Below are positions 1-8,489 of a DNA stretch of 64,000 nucleotides, one piece after another. The stretch comes from an uncultured archaeon. GTDB lineage: Archaea > Altiarchaeota > Altiarchaeia > IMC4 > SCGC-AAA252-I15. Where the stretch lies: assembly GCA_902384455.1 (NCBI GenBank), contig CABMCB010000092.1:316-64315 (forward strand). The letters are read 5' to 3'. The notes under the pieces were generated by a model. It was not told the origin of the DNA, ran no database searches, and saw only the letters and a program-made list of their open reading frames with translations. The position numbers and the translations under genes were made by a program. How positions within the stretch are numbered: position 1 is the stretch's first letter; each line of letters begins with the position of its first letter.

Positions 1-1021
1 TTGTTTCGTCTAGTATTTCTACTGTTGCGCCTGTTGCTTTGGCGCGTTCGTATAGGTCGTCTATTTGTTCGTCGGGTAGTGCTTCTGATATGAATAGGGT
101 GTCTATTGCGTTTGCGGCAAGGGCTGTTTCTACGTCTGCGCCGTATGCGACTGGTCCGTCTTTGACTAGGATTTTTAGGAATCTTTGCATTCCTACGCGG
201 TGGCGTATTAGTTCGACTTCTTTCAGGTCGTCTGATGATGCGTCTATTAGTTCGCGTATTCCGCTTTCGTCTGTATATGTGATGTCTTTGACTGCGAGTA
301 TTTTCTTTTTGATTTCGTGGTGGAGGTAGTCTCCTTCAAGGAATTCTTCTTTGGTTGCGGCGGGTCCTCCGACGATTAGTCCTCGGATGTCTTTTATTGC
401 GGGCAGGAACACTTCGGTTGCTGCGTCTCCGATTCTTTTTTTGAATTCGTGGCTTTGCTCTTCGACTATGCGGGCGAACCTCATTGCGGATTGTCCTCCT
501 GCGCGTTGTTTTCCGCTGTAGCCGCTTGTGAGGCGCTTGTGTATTATGTAGTTGTCTCCTTTGAGCGTCGCAATGGTCGCTTCCTTGTTGTCCATGGCGA
601 TGAGGCCATATGCGTCTTTGGGTGCGACTAGTTGTTCGAGTGGTTCTGTTATGAATATTTGGTCGCATCTGTAGATTCGGTTTGTGATTGGTTCTGGGGG
701 TTCGATGCTCCATATTTTGAAGTCGGGTACTCCTTCTCGTTCGCTTACGTTTCCGCAGAATACTGCGAGTCCGTTTTTTGGCGTTTGTTTGAATAGGCGT
801 AGGTGTTGGACTGTTTTTTCGAGTGCTGTGGTGACGTTTTTGCGGGTGTTGGTGCTTTTTATGTTTGTTGCCGTGCCTTGTTCTTGGAGTATTTGGCTCA
901 TTACGTTGTTGAGGTCGTATCCTGCTGGCACGTATACTGAGACTAGTTCTGTGTGGCGGCCGCGGCAGTTTTTGAGTTCGCGGATGAGTTTTCTTAGGTG
1001 GTGGGCGTCTTTCGGGTCCAT
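1..1021 (-). CDS. prf1: Peptide chain release factor aRF1 (eRF1 homolog), truncated at the window edge
   Basis: Manual reverse-complement translation from ATG at 1019-1021 gives MDPKDAHHLRKLIRELKNCRG...TATNIKS...GKQRAGGQSAMRFARI... with no stop before position 1. It has the NIKS stop-codon recognition motif and the GGQ catalytic motif. It is absent from the ORF track, presumably because no stop lies inside the window. The start is 9 nt downstream of the pheT stop, in the same frame. Confidence 0.85.
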   Translation of the reverse strand, partial: MDPKDAHHLRKLIRELKNCRGRHTELVSVYVPAGYDLNNVMSQILQEQGTATNIKSTNTRKNVTTALEKTVQHLRLFKQTPKNGLAVFCGNVSEREGVPDFKIWSIEPPEPITNRIYRCDQIFITEPLEQLVAPKDAYGLIAMDNKEATIATLKGDNYIIHKRLTSGYSGKQRAGGQSAMRFARIVEEQSHEFKKRIGDAATEVFLPAIKDIRGLIVGGPAATKEEFLEGDYLHHEIKKKILAVKDITYTDESGIRELIDASSDDLKEVELIRHRVGMQRFLKILVKDGPVAYGADVETALAANAIDTLFISEALPDEQIDDLYERAKATGATVEILDET

Positions 1022-1030
1022 TGGAGAAGG

Positions 1031-1957
1031 TCAGATTAGGTCGAGGTCGGCTTCGAATGCTGCGGCTGGTGTTTCTATGTTGAAGTTTGCGAGTACGTGG
1101 GGGTGTATTTCGCCGTATATTATTAGGGGTTTTGTGGGGTCGCGGGGGGAGGGTATTTTTGCGCAGCGGCCTTGTATGAAGCTTTTGTGGTTGTAGGGTT
1201 GGGGTTTTTGGTTGTCTAGTTTTAGTGAGTGTAGGATGCCGTTTATGTCTGATTGTATGCTGCTGTATGTTGCGGTTGGGGATGCTACTGCGGCTGCGAG
1301 GCGGTGGTTGTTTTTTCCTTTGGGTGTTACTGCGTCGCCTATTTCGAATATGCGTTGCGGGTATTCTCTGTTTCTGTTTTTTTCTAGGACGGAGAGTAGG
1401 TTTGGCAGGAGCCATGTGCGTGCGGCGGTGTGTTCGCTGCTTACTGAGCTTTTTGTTTCTACTGCGTCTTCGTCTGGTAGGTTCATGCGCGCGTACTGGT
1501 GTTCTTTGTTTGTGAGTATGAGCGTCATCACTTCGGTGTAGGATTGGCCGGTAAGTAGGTCGCGCAGTTGTTCGTCTCTTGTTTCTGTTGGGGATTGCGC
1601 TCCTGATGTGTATATGTTGGGTACTTGGGGAGTGAATTTTTCGTAGCCGTATGCTATTGCGACGTCTTCGACTATGTCGATTGGGTGTAGTATGTCTGTG
1701 CGGTACGGTGGGATTTGGACTGTGATTGTTTTTTTGTCTGGTGTTGCGTCGTACCTCATTTTTTTCAGCAGGTCGACGATTTCTTTTGGCGGTAGCGTTA
1801 GTCCTAGGAGGCGGTTGACGTATTCTGCTTCGACTGTGAGTGAGCGCGGCGTGAGGTCTGGGCGTATGAGCGTTCGGGCGTTTGTTGAGTGTTCTTCCGC
1901 GTGGTTCTGTCTGGCTTGCGTGGTTTTGTTTTGCGGGGGTGACGTAGTGCGTTTCAT
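1031..1957 (-). CDS. pheT: Phenylalanine--tRNA ligase beta subunit, C-terminal half (B5 domain plus catalytic-like core)
   Basis: The 308 aa product has a B5-domain signature (PPYRTDILHPIDIVEDVAIAYGY) followed by an archaeal PheT class II-like core (RIFEIGD, FIQGRCAKI). It lacks the roughly 250 aa N-terminal B1 and B3/4 domains. The upstream gene ends at 1984, so there is no room for them. Confidence 0.8.
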   Translation of the reverse strand: MKRTTSPPQNKTTQARQNHAEEHSTNARTLIRPDLTPRSLTVEAEYVNRLLGLTLPPKEIVDLLKKMRYDATPDKKTITVQIPPYRTDILHPIDIVEDVAIAYGYEKFTPQVPNIYTSGAQSPTETRDEQLRDLLTGQSYTEVMTLILTNKEHQYARMNLPDEDAVETKSSVSSEHTAARTWLLPNLLSVLEKNRNREYPQRIFEIGDAVTPKGKNNHRLAAAVASPTATYSSIQSDINGILHSLKLDNQKPQPYNHKSFIQGRCAKIPSPRDPTKPLIIYGEIHPHVLANFNIETPAAAFEADLDLI

Positions 1958-1983
1958 CTGCGGGTTAAGATGGGTAGGTTCGG

Positions 1984-3921
1984 TTAATATACGCGGTAGA
2001 CTGCGGTTTCTTCGTCTTCGTAAACTGCCGGGTAGTCTCTGAAGAATCCGGGCAGGAGGGTTTGGCCGGGCAGGTCAGAGTTGTTTATCATGTCTTTGTG
2101 GATTATTACGTATTTGATTTTGTCGCGCCACAGAGTGCTTGGGCTTATGGAGTATGACGTAGGGGCGGATTCCGGGTCGGTGAGGTATTTGTATGGCTCT
2201 GTTTTTTCAAGGTAGATGATGGCTTCTTGGGGCTCCCTGCTTATGTAGCCGCCGACTATCGGGTGGTGATGGAGCGTCTGGTAGTAGGGGTATTTCGCGT
2301 ATGCGTTTTGGAATATGGTTTTGTTTTTCACCAAATGAATCGGGGAAAGGGGGATTTCGAGTATTGCGCCTTCAGGGTCCTTGGCTAATTCAGCGTAGTA
2401 TGCGGGTATCGACGCGTCTGTTGTGGCTGTTGGAGCGGGAAACAATTCTATGAGCAGAAGGACTACTATCAAACAGGTTAATTGCGGCCTTTTTCTGCTT
2501 ATGGCCGCTACTGTTTGGCTTGCGAGCACTGTGGCCGAGATTGTTGTGAGTAGCAGGAATCTGTAGGGTGTTCCTAGGAACATCATTGGGGGTATTGCGT
2601 ATACGAAGAGGTATGGGCCGGGTGCTACTGGGGTGCTGTTGATGCTGATTATCATTCCCATGCTGATGAGCGCAGACCATATGAATAGGCCGTGCCATAT
2701 GGGTAGTGTTCGTGTTTGATGTAGGTGTATTAGTAGTAGGATTGTGAGGAAGATTGTTGCGTCTCCTATGTAGCCTATTGGTGTTTTGTATGGTGAGGAT
2801 GCGTATGCGGCTATGGCAAGTAGGAGTAGGGGGAATATTATGATTGGGTCGCGTTTTTTCAGGCGCATTGTTGCTTGGTGCGTTAGGTGTTTGATTTCTG
2901 CGCGTAGTTTAGTTGATTCGGTTCCGAATAGTAGGGTTGCAAGTGCTAGTGTTAGGGTGACGTATCCTATGGGGGAGAATGCTGGGTTTGGGGAGAGTGG
3001 GTTTAGGTATATGTTTCGTATCAGGTAGTTGTGGGGGGTAGGCAGGATGAATGTCATTAGGTCTACGCCGTAGTAGAGGGGGTTTCTTGACACCATCTGG
3101 GTTGGGGTGTTGATTATCGCAGTCAGCGTGATTAGGATTAGAGGCAGCATGAGTGCGGCGGTTATTGCGGCGGCGGTGATCAGGGGTTTCCACGGCAGTT
3201 TTGATTTGGGGGCTAAGTCGCTTTTGCGGTATTGGACTGCGAGGACGTATCCGCAGGCAATCAGGGTGTAGATGAACGTTTGTATGCATGTGTATGCTTG
3301 AAGCGTGAGGATGACTGCAAGGGCGACTACGGTGGATGTCGTCCGGGTAGCCGCAGATTTTTTTGCCTCGATTATTTCAAGGAGAAGAAGCAACGCAAGG
3401 GGAAGCATGAATGTCGTCAGAAGATTCAGGTGGCCGTTGTATATCGCAGTCATTGCGTATGTGCTTAGGCCGTATGATATTCCCATGAAGTATGCGGCTG
3501 TTTCGTTGTTTTTTATTAGGCGGCGGGCGAGTATGTGGGCGGTTAGGCAGGAGGCTGCTATGTTGAATAGTATGAGTAGGTTGTATTGTGCGGCAAGGGG
3601 TAGGAATATCAGCGGGAGAGTTAGAAGGCCGAGTGTTAGGTCGAGTGTGTGGTAGGCGAGTGTTGTTCCTGCGGGGTAGAATTGTAGTTGGGTGAAGTAG
3701 GGGTTTTTCAGGTGGAGGATGCTTTCGTGTATCCACCATAGGTTCCATATTGCTACTGGGGTGTCGAAGGGGCCGCCGATGTAGCGTGTTGAGAGTGTGA
3801 GTATTGCGGGGTATGTTGCTGCGAATGCGAGTAGGGTGTAGATGAGTGAGGGGATTAGTATTCGGTGTATCGTTGATTTGTGGTTGTTCATGTAGTGTTT
3901 CTCTCCATTGCCAAATCGCAT
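1984..3921 (-). CDS. Large polytopic membrane protein, probably a GT-C-fold glycosyltransferase (YfhO/DUF-like)
   Basis: 645 aa with about 13 predicted TM helices and a C-terminal soluble domain. It sits in a cluster of glycosyltransferase genes. Confidence 0.35.
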   Translation of the reverse strand: MRFGNGEKHYMNNHKSTIHRILIPSLIYTLLAFAATYPAILTLSTRYIGGPFDTPVAIWNLWWIHESILHLKNPYFTQLQFYPAGTTLAYHTLDLTLGLLTLPLIFLPLAAQYNLLILFNIAASCLTAHILARRLIKNNETAAYFMGISYGLSTYAMTAIYNGHLNLLTTFMLPLALLLLLEIIEAKKSAATRTTSTVVALAVILTLQAYTCIQTFIYTLIACGYVLAVQYRKSDLAPKSKLPWKPLITAAAITAALMLPLILITLTAIINTPTQMVSRNPLYYGVDLMTFILPTPHNYLIRNIYLNPLSPNPAFSPIGYVTLTLALATLLFGTESTKLRAEIKHLTHQATMRLKKRDPIIIFPLLLLAIAAYASSPYKTPIGYIGDATIFLTILLLIHLHQTRTLPIWHGLFIWSALISMGMIISINSTPVAPGPYLFVYAIPPMMFLGTPYRFLLLTTISATVLASQTVAAISRKRPQLTCLIVVLLLIELFPAPTATTDASIPAYYAELAKDPEGAILEIPLSPIHLVKNKTIFQNAYAKYPYYQTLHHHPIVGGYISREPQEAIIYLEKTEPYKYLTDPESAPTSYSISPSTLWRDKIKYVIIHKDMINNSDLPGQTLLPGFFRDYPAVYEDEETAVYRVY

Positions 3922-5852
3922 TGTCCGCCGGTAATTTCTTCTAGCACTACTTTTTCCCCGCTAAACGTGTGTCCATTGCCGCATCGGAGAGTATGGACTG
4001 TGTTTTCCCATGTCGCGTTTATTGGCCTTGTTTTTTTGTCGGAGGTGAGCATGGCGTACACGTACGCTGGTCGTCCGTTGTTTAGGTATTCGTCTAGTAT
4101 CTGCGTGACTTCTTCTTTTGTGGTGTATTTTATTATGTCTGTTTGTGTGCATGTTTTTGCTGGGGCTGCTTCGAGCGCGTCAATTTGTGTGTTGATTAGC
4201 AGCAGACTTCCGTTTGGGATTAAGCCGCATATTTCTTTTGTTGCCGCGTTTTGGTCGGCTCTGTTTTTGAGGTCTGTTTGCAGGTCGGTTTGGTCTGCGG
4301 TGAATGAGTACGCGAATGAGGTTAGGAAGATTAGGGTGAGGAGTGTTGCGGTCGTCCTGTTTTGGCGGAGCACAAAAATTAAGGTTGATGTGAAAGTTAG
4401 AGCTGCTAGTAGGAGGGGGTATGTGTGGATGTATGAGGCGTTCAGTTCGCCGGTGCTGTTGACGAATAGGAGGGGTGCTGTTGCGGCTGAAATGATGAAT
4501 ACGGCAGTTGCCGATGAGAGTAAAATCGCCGGCGGGATTCTGAATGTGCGCAGAGCATCTATCAGAGGTATGACAGAGAAGGCAACAAGATAGGGCAGTC
4601 CCTCAAGGAAGTATCTCATTGTGAACGTTGCTCCGCCGTGGGAGTTTACCCGTAAGCTGTAGAAGACGACGGGCATAAGCCCCAGAGCAATAAGGTACGT
4701 TGTCTGCGCGTTTAGTGCGCGTTTGCGCGTAAGCAGAATGATAGCCGCGGGAAGTGCGGCGATGTAGGGGGCGGACTGTAAAAGAGCCTTCTTGAATGTT
4801 GGAGGAGGGTCGTCGGGGTAAGTCTGTATGTCGATTGTTTCCGCGTAAAGCACTTGAGCGCTTTTTACTATTCCGTTGCGCGCAGGGGAGTATAATGCTG
4901 CGGCAGCAACCAGCACCATAAAAATTGCCGCGAAAATATTTTTCCGTTGATGCGAATTTTTGTTTTTAAAAAGCAGGAGTATCGCCGCGGCATATATTAA
5001 CGCAGGCAGAACAACGTAGGCTGCTCCTCCGAATTCTCCCCCGAAATTTTTGTATCCCGTGGTGAGCGCGCCGAAAACAGTTATTTGATTGTGCAGAAGA
5101 AACAACGCGAAAGGAAGCGCGCCCAAGATGAAGGCGGGGAGTAAGCGGCGTTTAGCAAGAAGTATGTATACCGTCGATAATGCGGCCGGAAGCAGCACTC
5201 CGTATCGGACTGTGACTGCGGCTCCGAAAAGCAGTCCCGCAGTGAGCAGCGGGGCTTTGGAGTTTTTGGTGACGGCAATGTACGCAGCTAAAGTTGATAA
5301 TGCCACAGTAAGAGAGTGGGGCCATACTGCGACTGCGTAGGGTACTATGTAGCTGAACAGCCCGTACGCCGCCATCGAGATTAATCCCAAATTTTTGTCT
5401 TTGAGTACGTGGACGGATAGTTTGTATATTATCAGTAGTGTTGCGGCGTATGACAGGACTGAAATGAGTATGAATCCTTTGATGCCCATCGCCGCATAGA
5501 ATGGTGCCGCTATTATGGTGTAGCCGGGAGGGTACTGCGGGTATATTCTGCCGTATGCGGGGGTTAACGAGTAGAGGAATAGGAAGGGTGCTTGAGGTAG
5601 TTTGGGGTTTAGCGTGTGGATTGAGTATGACCCTGTTTTGACGTAGGCGTCTGTGGCCAGCAGGTATGCTACTTCGTCCGTGACTGCTACGCCGGGTTGA
5701 GAGGCCGCGTAAAGGAGTGTTGCAGTTAGAACTGTGAAGATGGCTGCGAGGGTGTCGGGGAATTTTGTGGGGCGCGGCGGATTGGGCTCTGTCTTTTTGG
5801 ATGCTTTTTGTTTTTTTGTTTTCTTTGCGCTGTCTGATTTGTGGGGAGTCAT
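3888..5852 (-). CDS. GT-C glycosyltransferase, ArnT/PMT (GT39/GT83)-like, dolichyl/undecaprenyl-phosphate-sugar dependent
   Basis: 654 aa polytopic protein with an AVTDEVAY (DE) motif in the first extracytoplasmic loop, typical of ArnT/PMT_2. It has a Lys-rich N-terminus. Confidence 0.6.
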   Translation of the reverse strand: MTPHKSDSAKKTKKQKASKKTEPNPPRPTKFPDTLAAIFTVLTATLLYAASQPGVAVTDEVAYLLATDAYVKTGSYSIHTLNPKLPQAPFLFLYSLTPAYGRIYPQYPPGYTIIAAPFYAAMGIKGFILISVLSYAATLLIIYKLSVHVLKDKNLGLISMAAYGLFSYIVPYAVAVWPHSLTVALSTLAAYIAVTKNSKAPLLTAGLLFGAAVTVRYGVLLPAALSTVYILLAKRRLLPAFILGALPFALFLLHNQITVFGALTTGYKNFGGEFGGAAYVVLPALIYAAAILLLFKNKNSHQRKNIFAAIFMVLVAAAALYSPARNGIVKSAQVLYAETIDIQTYPDDPPPTFKKALLQSAPYIAALPAAIILLTRKRALNAQTTYLIALGLMPVVFYSLRVNSHGGATFTMRYFLEGLPYLVAFSVIPLIDALRTFRIPPAILLSSATAVFIISAATAPLLFVNSTGELNASYIHTYPLLLAALTFTSTLIFVLRQNRTTATLLTLIFLTSFAYSFTADQTDLQTDLKNRADQNAATKEICGLIPNGSLLLINTQIDALEAAPAKTCTQTDIIKYTTKEEVTQILDEYLNNGRPAYVYAMLTSDKKTRPINATWENTVHTLRCGNGHTFSGEKVVLEEITGGQCDLAMERNTT

Positions 5853-5911
5853 CTGCTAACTAATAATTAGTATATAGTTATAGGGGGTCATCCATTTCTT
5901 AACGTATTCTT

Positions 5912-6817
5912 ATGGAAGTGTCGGCTGTCATTCCGGTGTGCAATGAGGAGAGGGCTTTGCAGAATGTTCTTTCTGGGCTTAAGGAGGCGCTGCTGAACAT
6001 CGGCGTATCCCATGAGATTATTGTGGTGGACGACGGCTCGTCCGACGGGAGCGCGGTCATAGCGCGGAAGTTCGGGGCGAAAGTCATATCTCACCGCAGA
6101 AGCAGGGGTTACGGCGCCTGCGTCAAGAGCGCGCTTAAGCAGGCTAACGGCACGTACATCGTGGTGGTGGACGCCGACGTCACATACCCAGTTGAAGCCC
6201 TGCCCGAGCTTTGGAAGCTGAGGAAAGAGTACGACATGGTGGTTGGCGCAAGGGACCCGAAGGCACTCGGCGGACTAAACCGAAGGTCAATGGGCAGAGA
6301 GGCGGTAAGACGGTTCGCGCAGTGGGCGACAGGCGAAAGCATCCCCGACGTCAACACCGGGTTCAGGCTTTTCAAGAAAGTCGACGCCTTAAAGTTCGCC
6401 CACCTTTACCCGGAAGGATTCTCCCAAGTCACAACAATAACAGTCTCATACCTGTACAGCGGACTCACCATAGGGTACGTTCCCATAGAATACAGGACGC
6501 GGGTGGGAAAGTCTAAGATTAAGGTGAACCTTGACGGATTCAACTTCCTCTTTCTTGTCCTACGGCTTATTGCCTACTTCAGGCCGCTTAAGATTTTCAT
6601 TCCGGTTTCTTTGATTCTTCTTTTTGCTGCCGCGGCAGTTTTTGCTCAGGGCGTGTTTTCCGCAGGCAAGTTTTTCAGCGTCACATGGCTTATTCTTCTC
6701 CTTGCTTCTTTGGGCGTTTTCCTTCTTGGGCTTGTTGCGGACGCCGTAAGCAGACGCAGGTGGGAGCACGCGGATTACGCTCAGAAGGCGGATAGCCCAG
6801 ACGAAGAAGAGGACTGA
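5912..6817 (+). CDS. GT2 family polyprenol-phosphate glycosyltransferase (Dpm1/GtrB/ArnC-like)
   Basis: The N-terminus shows the GT-A signature VIPVCNEE...VVDDGSSDGS...VVDAD and the C-terminus has two TM helices. The stop codon is TGA. Confidence 0.8.
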   Translation: MEVSAVIPVCNEERALQNVLSGLKEALLNIGVSHEIIVVDDGSSDGSAVIARKFGAKVISHRRSRGYGACVKSALKQANGTYIVVVDADVTYPVEALPELWKLRKEYDMVVGARDPKALGGLNRRSMGREAVRRFAQWATGESIPDVNTGFRLFKKVDALKFAHLYPEGFSQVTTITVSYLYSGLTIGYVPIEYRTRVGKSKIKVNLDGFNFLFLVLRLIAYFRPLKIFIPVSLILLFAAAAVFAQGVFSAGKFFSVTWLILLLASLGVFLLGLVADAVSRRRWEHADYAQKADSPDEEED

Positions 6818-6882
6818 TTTGTAGCCGGCCGATTTATGGCTGGTCGTTTGATATAGTAAACGGGAGGTTTCCTGTTTGGGGT

Positions 6883-8439
6883 ATGGACCGTAGGCTTTTG
6901 GTTGTGCTTCTTTTGGCGCTTGTGTTGCGGACTGTTAATGTTGAGACTATTCCTTACTGGCATTGGGATGAGGGGGTAAATCTTCATCTTGCGTGGAATC
7001 TCGCTCACGGGGAGAGCAGGTGGTTTGCGCTCGCTTATCGTTGGGTTCCGCATCCTCCGTTGTATTTCATGGTTCTTGGTTTGGTGCTTCGTCTTGCGGG
7101 GTACACCATTCTGGTGGGCAGACTGTTTAATGTGGCGTTGTCGCTTGCGACTTGTTTTGTCGTTTACCTTCTTGGCCGCGAGGTTGATGATGAGCGTACT
7201 GGTTTGGTTGCGGCTTTGGCTTATGCTGTTTCTCCTTTTGCCGTTTATTGGGGGCGCTTAAGTTACAGCAACAATCTTGTTTCTTTGATTGCTGCGTTAA
7301 GCCTGTTTTTGCTTTTGACTTACTTTAGGACTAAGAATCCGGTGCGGCTTTATGTTGCGGCGTTCGTTTCGGGTCTTGCGGCGGTCACAGGCTACAACGG
7401 GTTTTTCGTTCCTTTGTCTTTGGGCGCAGTCATCCTTCTTACTGAAAAAAGAAGTTTTCCTGCGGTCATTATTATTTCGTCGCTTCCGTTCCTCGCCTTC
7501 GCGGCGGTAATGTTTCGCTTTGACTTAGCGGGCTTCATCCACGACTTAAATTACCAGTTTTTCAGGTTCGGAGGACCTTCGCCTCTATGGAGGTTCCTTC
7601 TGCTTTTTGCGGTTGCGTATTACATCAGGAAAACTAAGCTCGCCGGTTTTTTTGTGGAAATCTGGAAGATGATAGTAAGGGATGCGCCGGTTTATTGGGC
7701 GGCTTATGCGGTGCTTCTGGTTTACCCGCACACTGACGACAGCTTCCTAATGGGCTTTGACCCTTATTTCATTGGAGCATTAGGTTTGGTAAGCCATCCG
7801 TCCACATTCAAGAAATTCGGCATGAGAACCTACTTTGCTTTCGCCTTCCTCATGGCTTTCGCATTAAACCGGGTTGACCACATGCTCATACCGCTGCACC
7901 CGCTTCTGGCACTGGGCGTCGGCAGAATCGCAGTCGACGCGTACGGCTTAAACAGCAGGTACGTCCGCAGGCTAAGCAACGCGGGAACCGTTGCGTTACT
8001 CCTGACGTCAATACCTTTTGCTGCGGCGGCCCTATCCGACGTAGCGCTTGTAGGCTTCGGGTACCGCGTTGAGCATCAGAACCTTGACGGCTTCTTCGGC
8101 GCTGCCGCGCGCGTGAGGGAGATTACTCGGCCTGGCGATGTCGTTCTTACTTACAGTCAGATGGATTACCTTCTTCCGGATACTTTGAACGGGGAACTTG
8201 TGCAGTCTGTTCCGTACAACGGCGTTGCGGTGACTTATTATGCCGGCGATTTCCCTCCGGAACGTTGGTTGTTTAACACAAGCATCCAGAACGCCCGTGC
8301 CGTAGTGTTGTCTAACGGCACGTTGAAGTGGGCGAATGAGACTGCCGGCTTTGAGGATGTTTACGCGGAGATTTCAAAGTGGCCCCGCGAGGACGTCGGG
8401 CAGTACCTTATTCTTTTGAATCCGCGCAAACGTGTATGA
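6883..8439 (+). CDS. GT-C glycosyltransferase, ArnT/PMT-like, paralog A
   Basis: 518 aa polytopic protein with a WDEGVNLHLAWNLAHGESRWFALAYRWVPHPPLYF motif. It is clearly paralogous to the next gene. Confidence 0.55.
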   Translation: MDRRLLVVLLLALVLRTVNVETIPYWHWDEGVNLHLAWNLAHGESRWFALAYRWVPHPPLYFMVLGLVLRLAGYTILVGRLFNVALSLATCFVVYLLGREVDDERTGLVAALAYAVSPFAVYWGRLSYSNNLVSLIAALSLFLLLTYFRTKNPVRLYVAAFVSGLAAVTGYNGFFVPLSLGAVILLTEKRSFPAVIIISSLPFLAFAAVMFRFDLAGFIHDLNYQFFRFGGPSPLWRFLLLFAVAYYIRKTKLAGFFVEIWKMIVRDAPVYWAAYAVLLVYPHTDDSFLMGFDPYFIGALGLVSHPSTFKKFGMRTYFAFAFLMAFALNRVDHMLIPLHPLLALGVGRIAVDAYGLNSRYVRRLSNAGTVALLLTSIPFAAAALSDVALVGFGYRVEHQNLDGFFGAAARVREITRPGDVVLTYSQMDYLLPDTLNGELVQSVPYNGVAVTYYAGDFPPERWLFNTSIQNARAVVLSNGTLKWANETAGFEDVYAEISKWPREDVGQYLILLNPRKRV

Positions 8440-8489
8440 CGGGGTGTTTTATAGACGGCGCCCGATATAGGTAAGGGATTTATTGGCAT

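Noticed and set aside
336-1415. A 359 aa Arg/Pro/Thr-rich ORF on the minus strand, plus + strand ORFs at 39..329, 449..631 and 684..1196
   Set aside because: It has low-complexity composition typical of an off-frame translation. A high-quality aRF1 reading frame occupies the same DNA on the minus strand. These are shadow ORFs.
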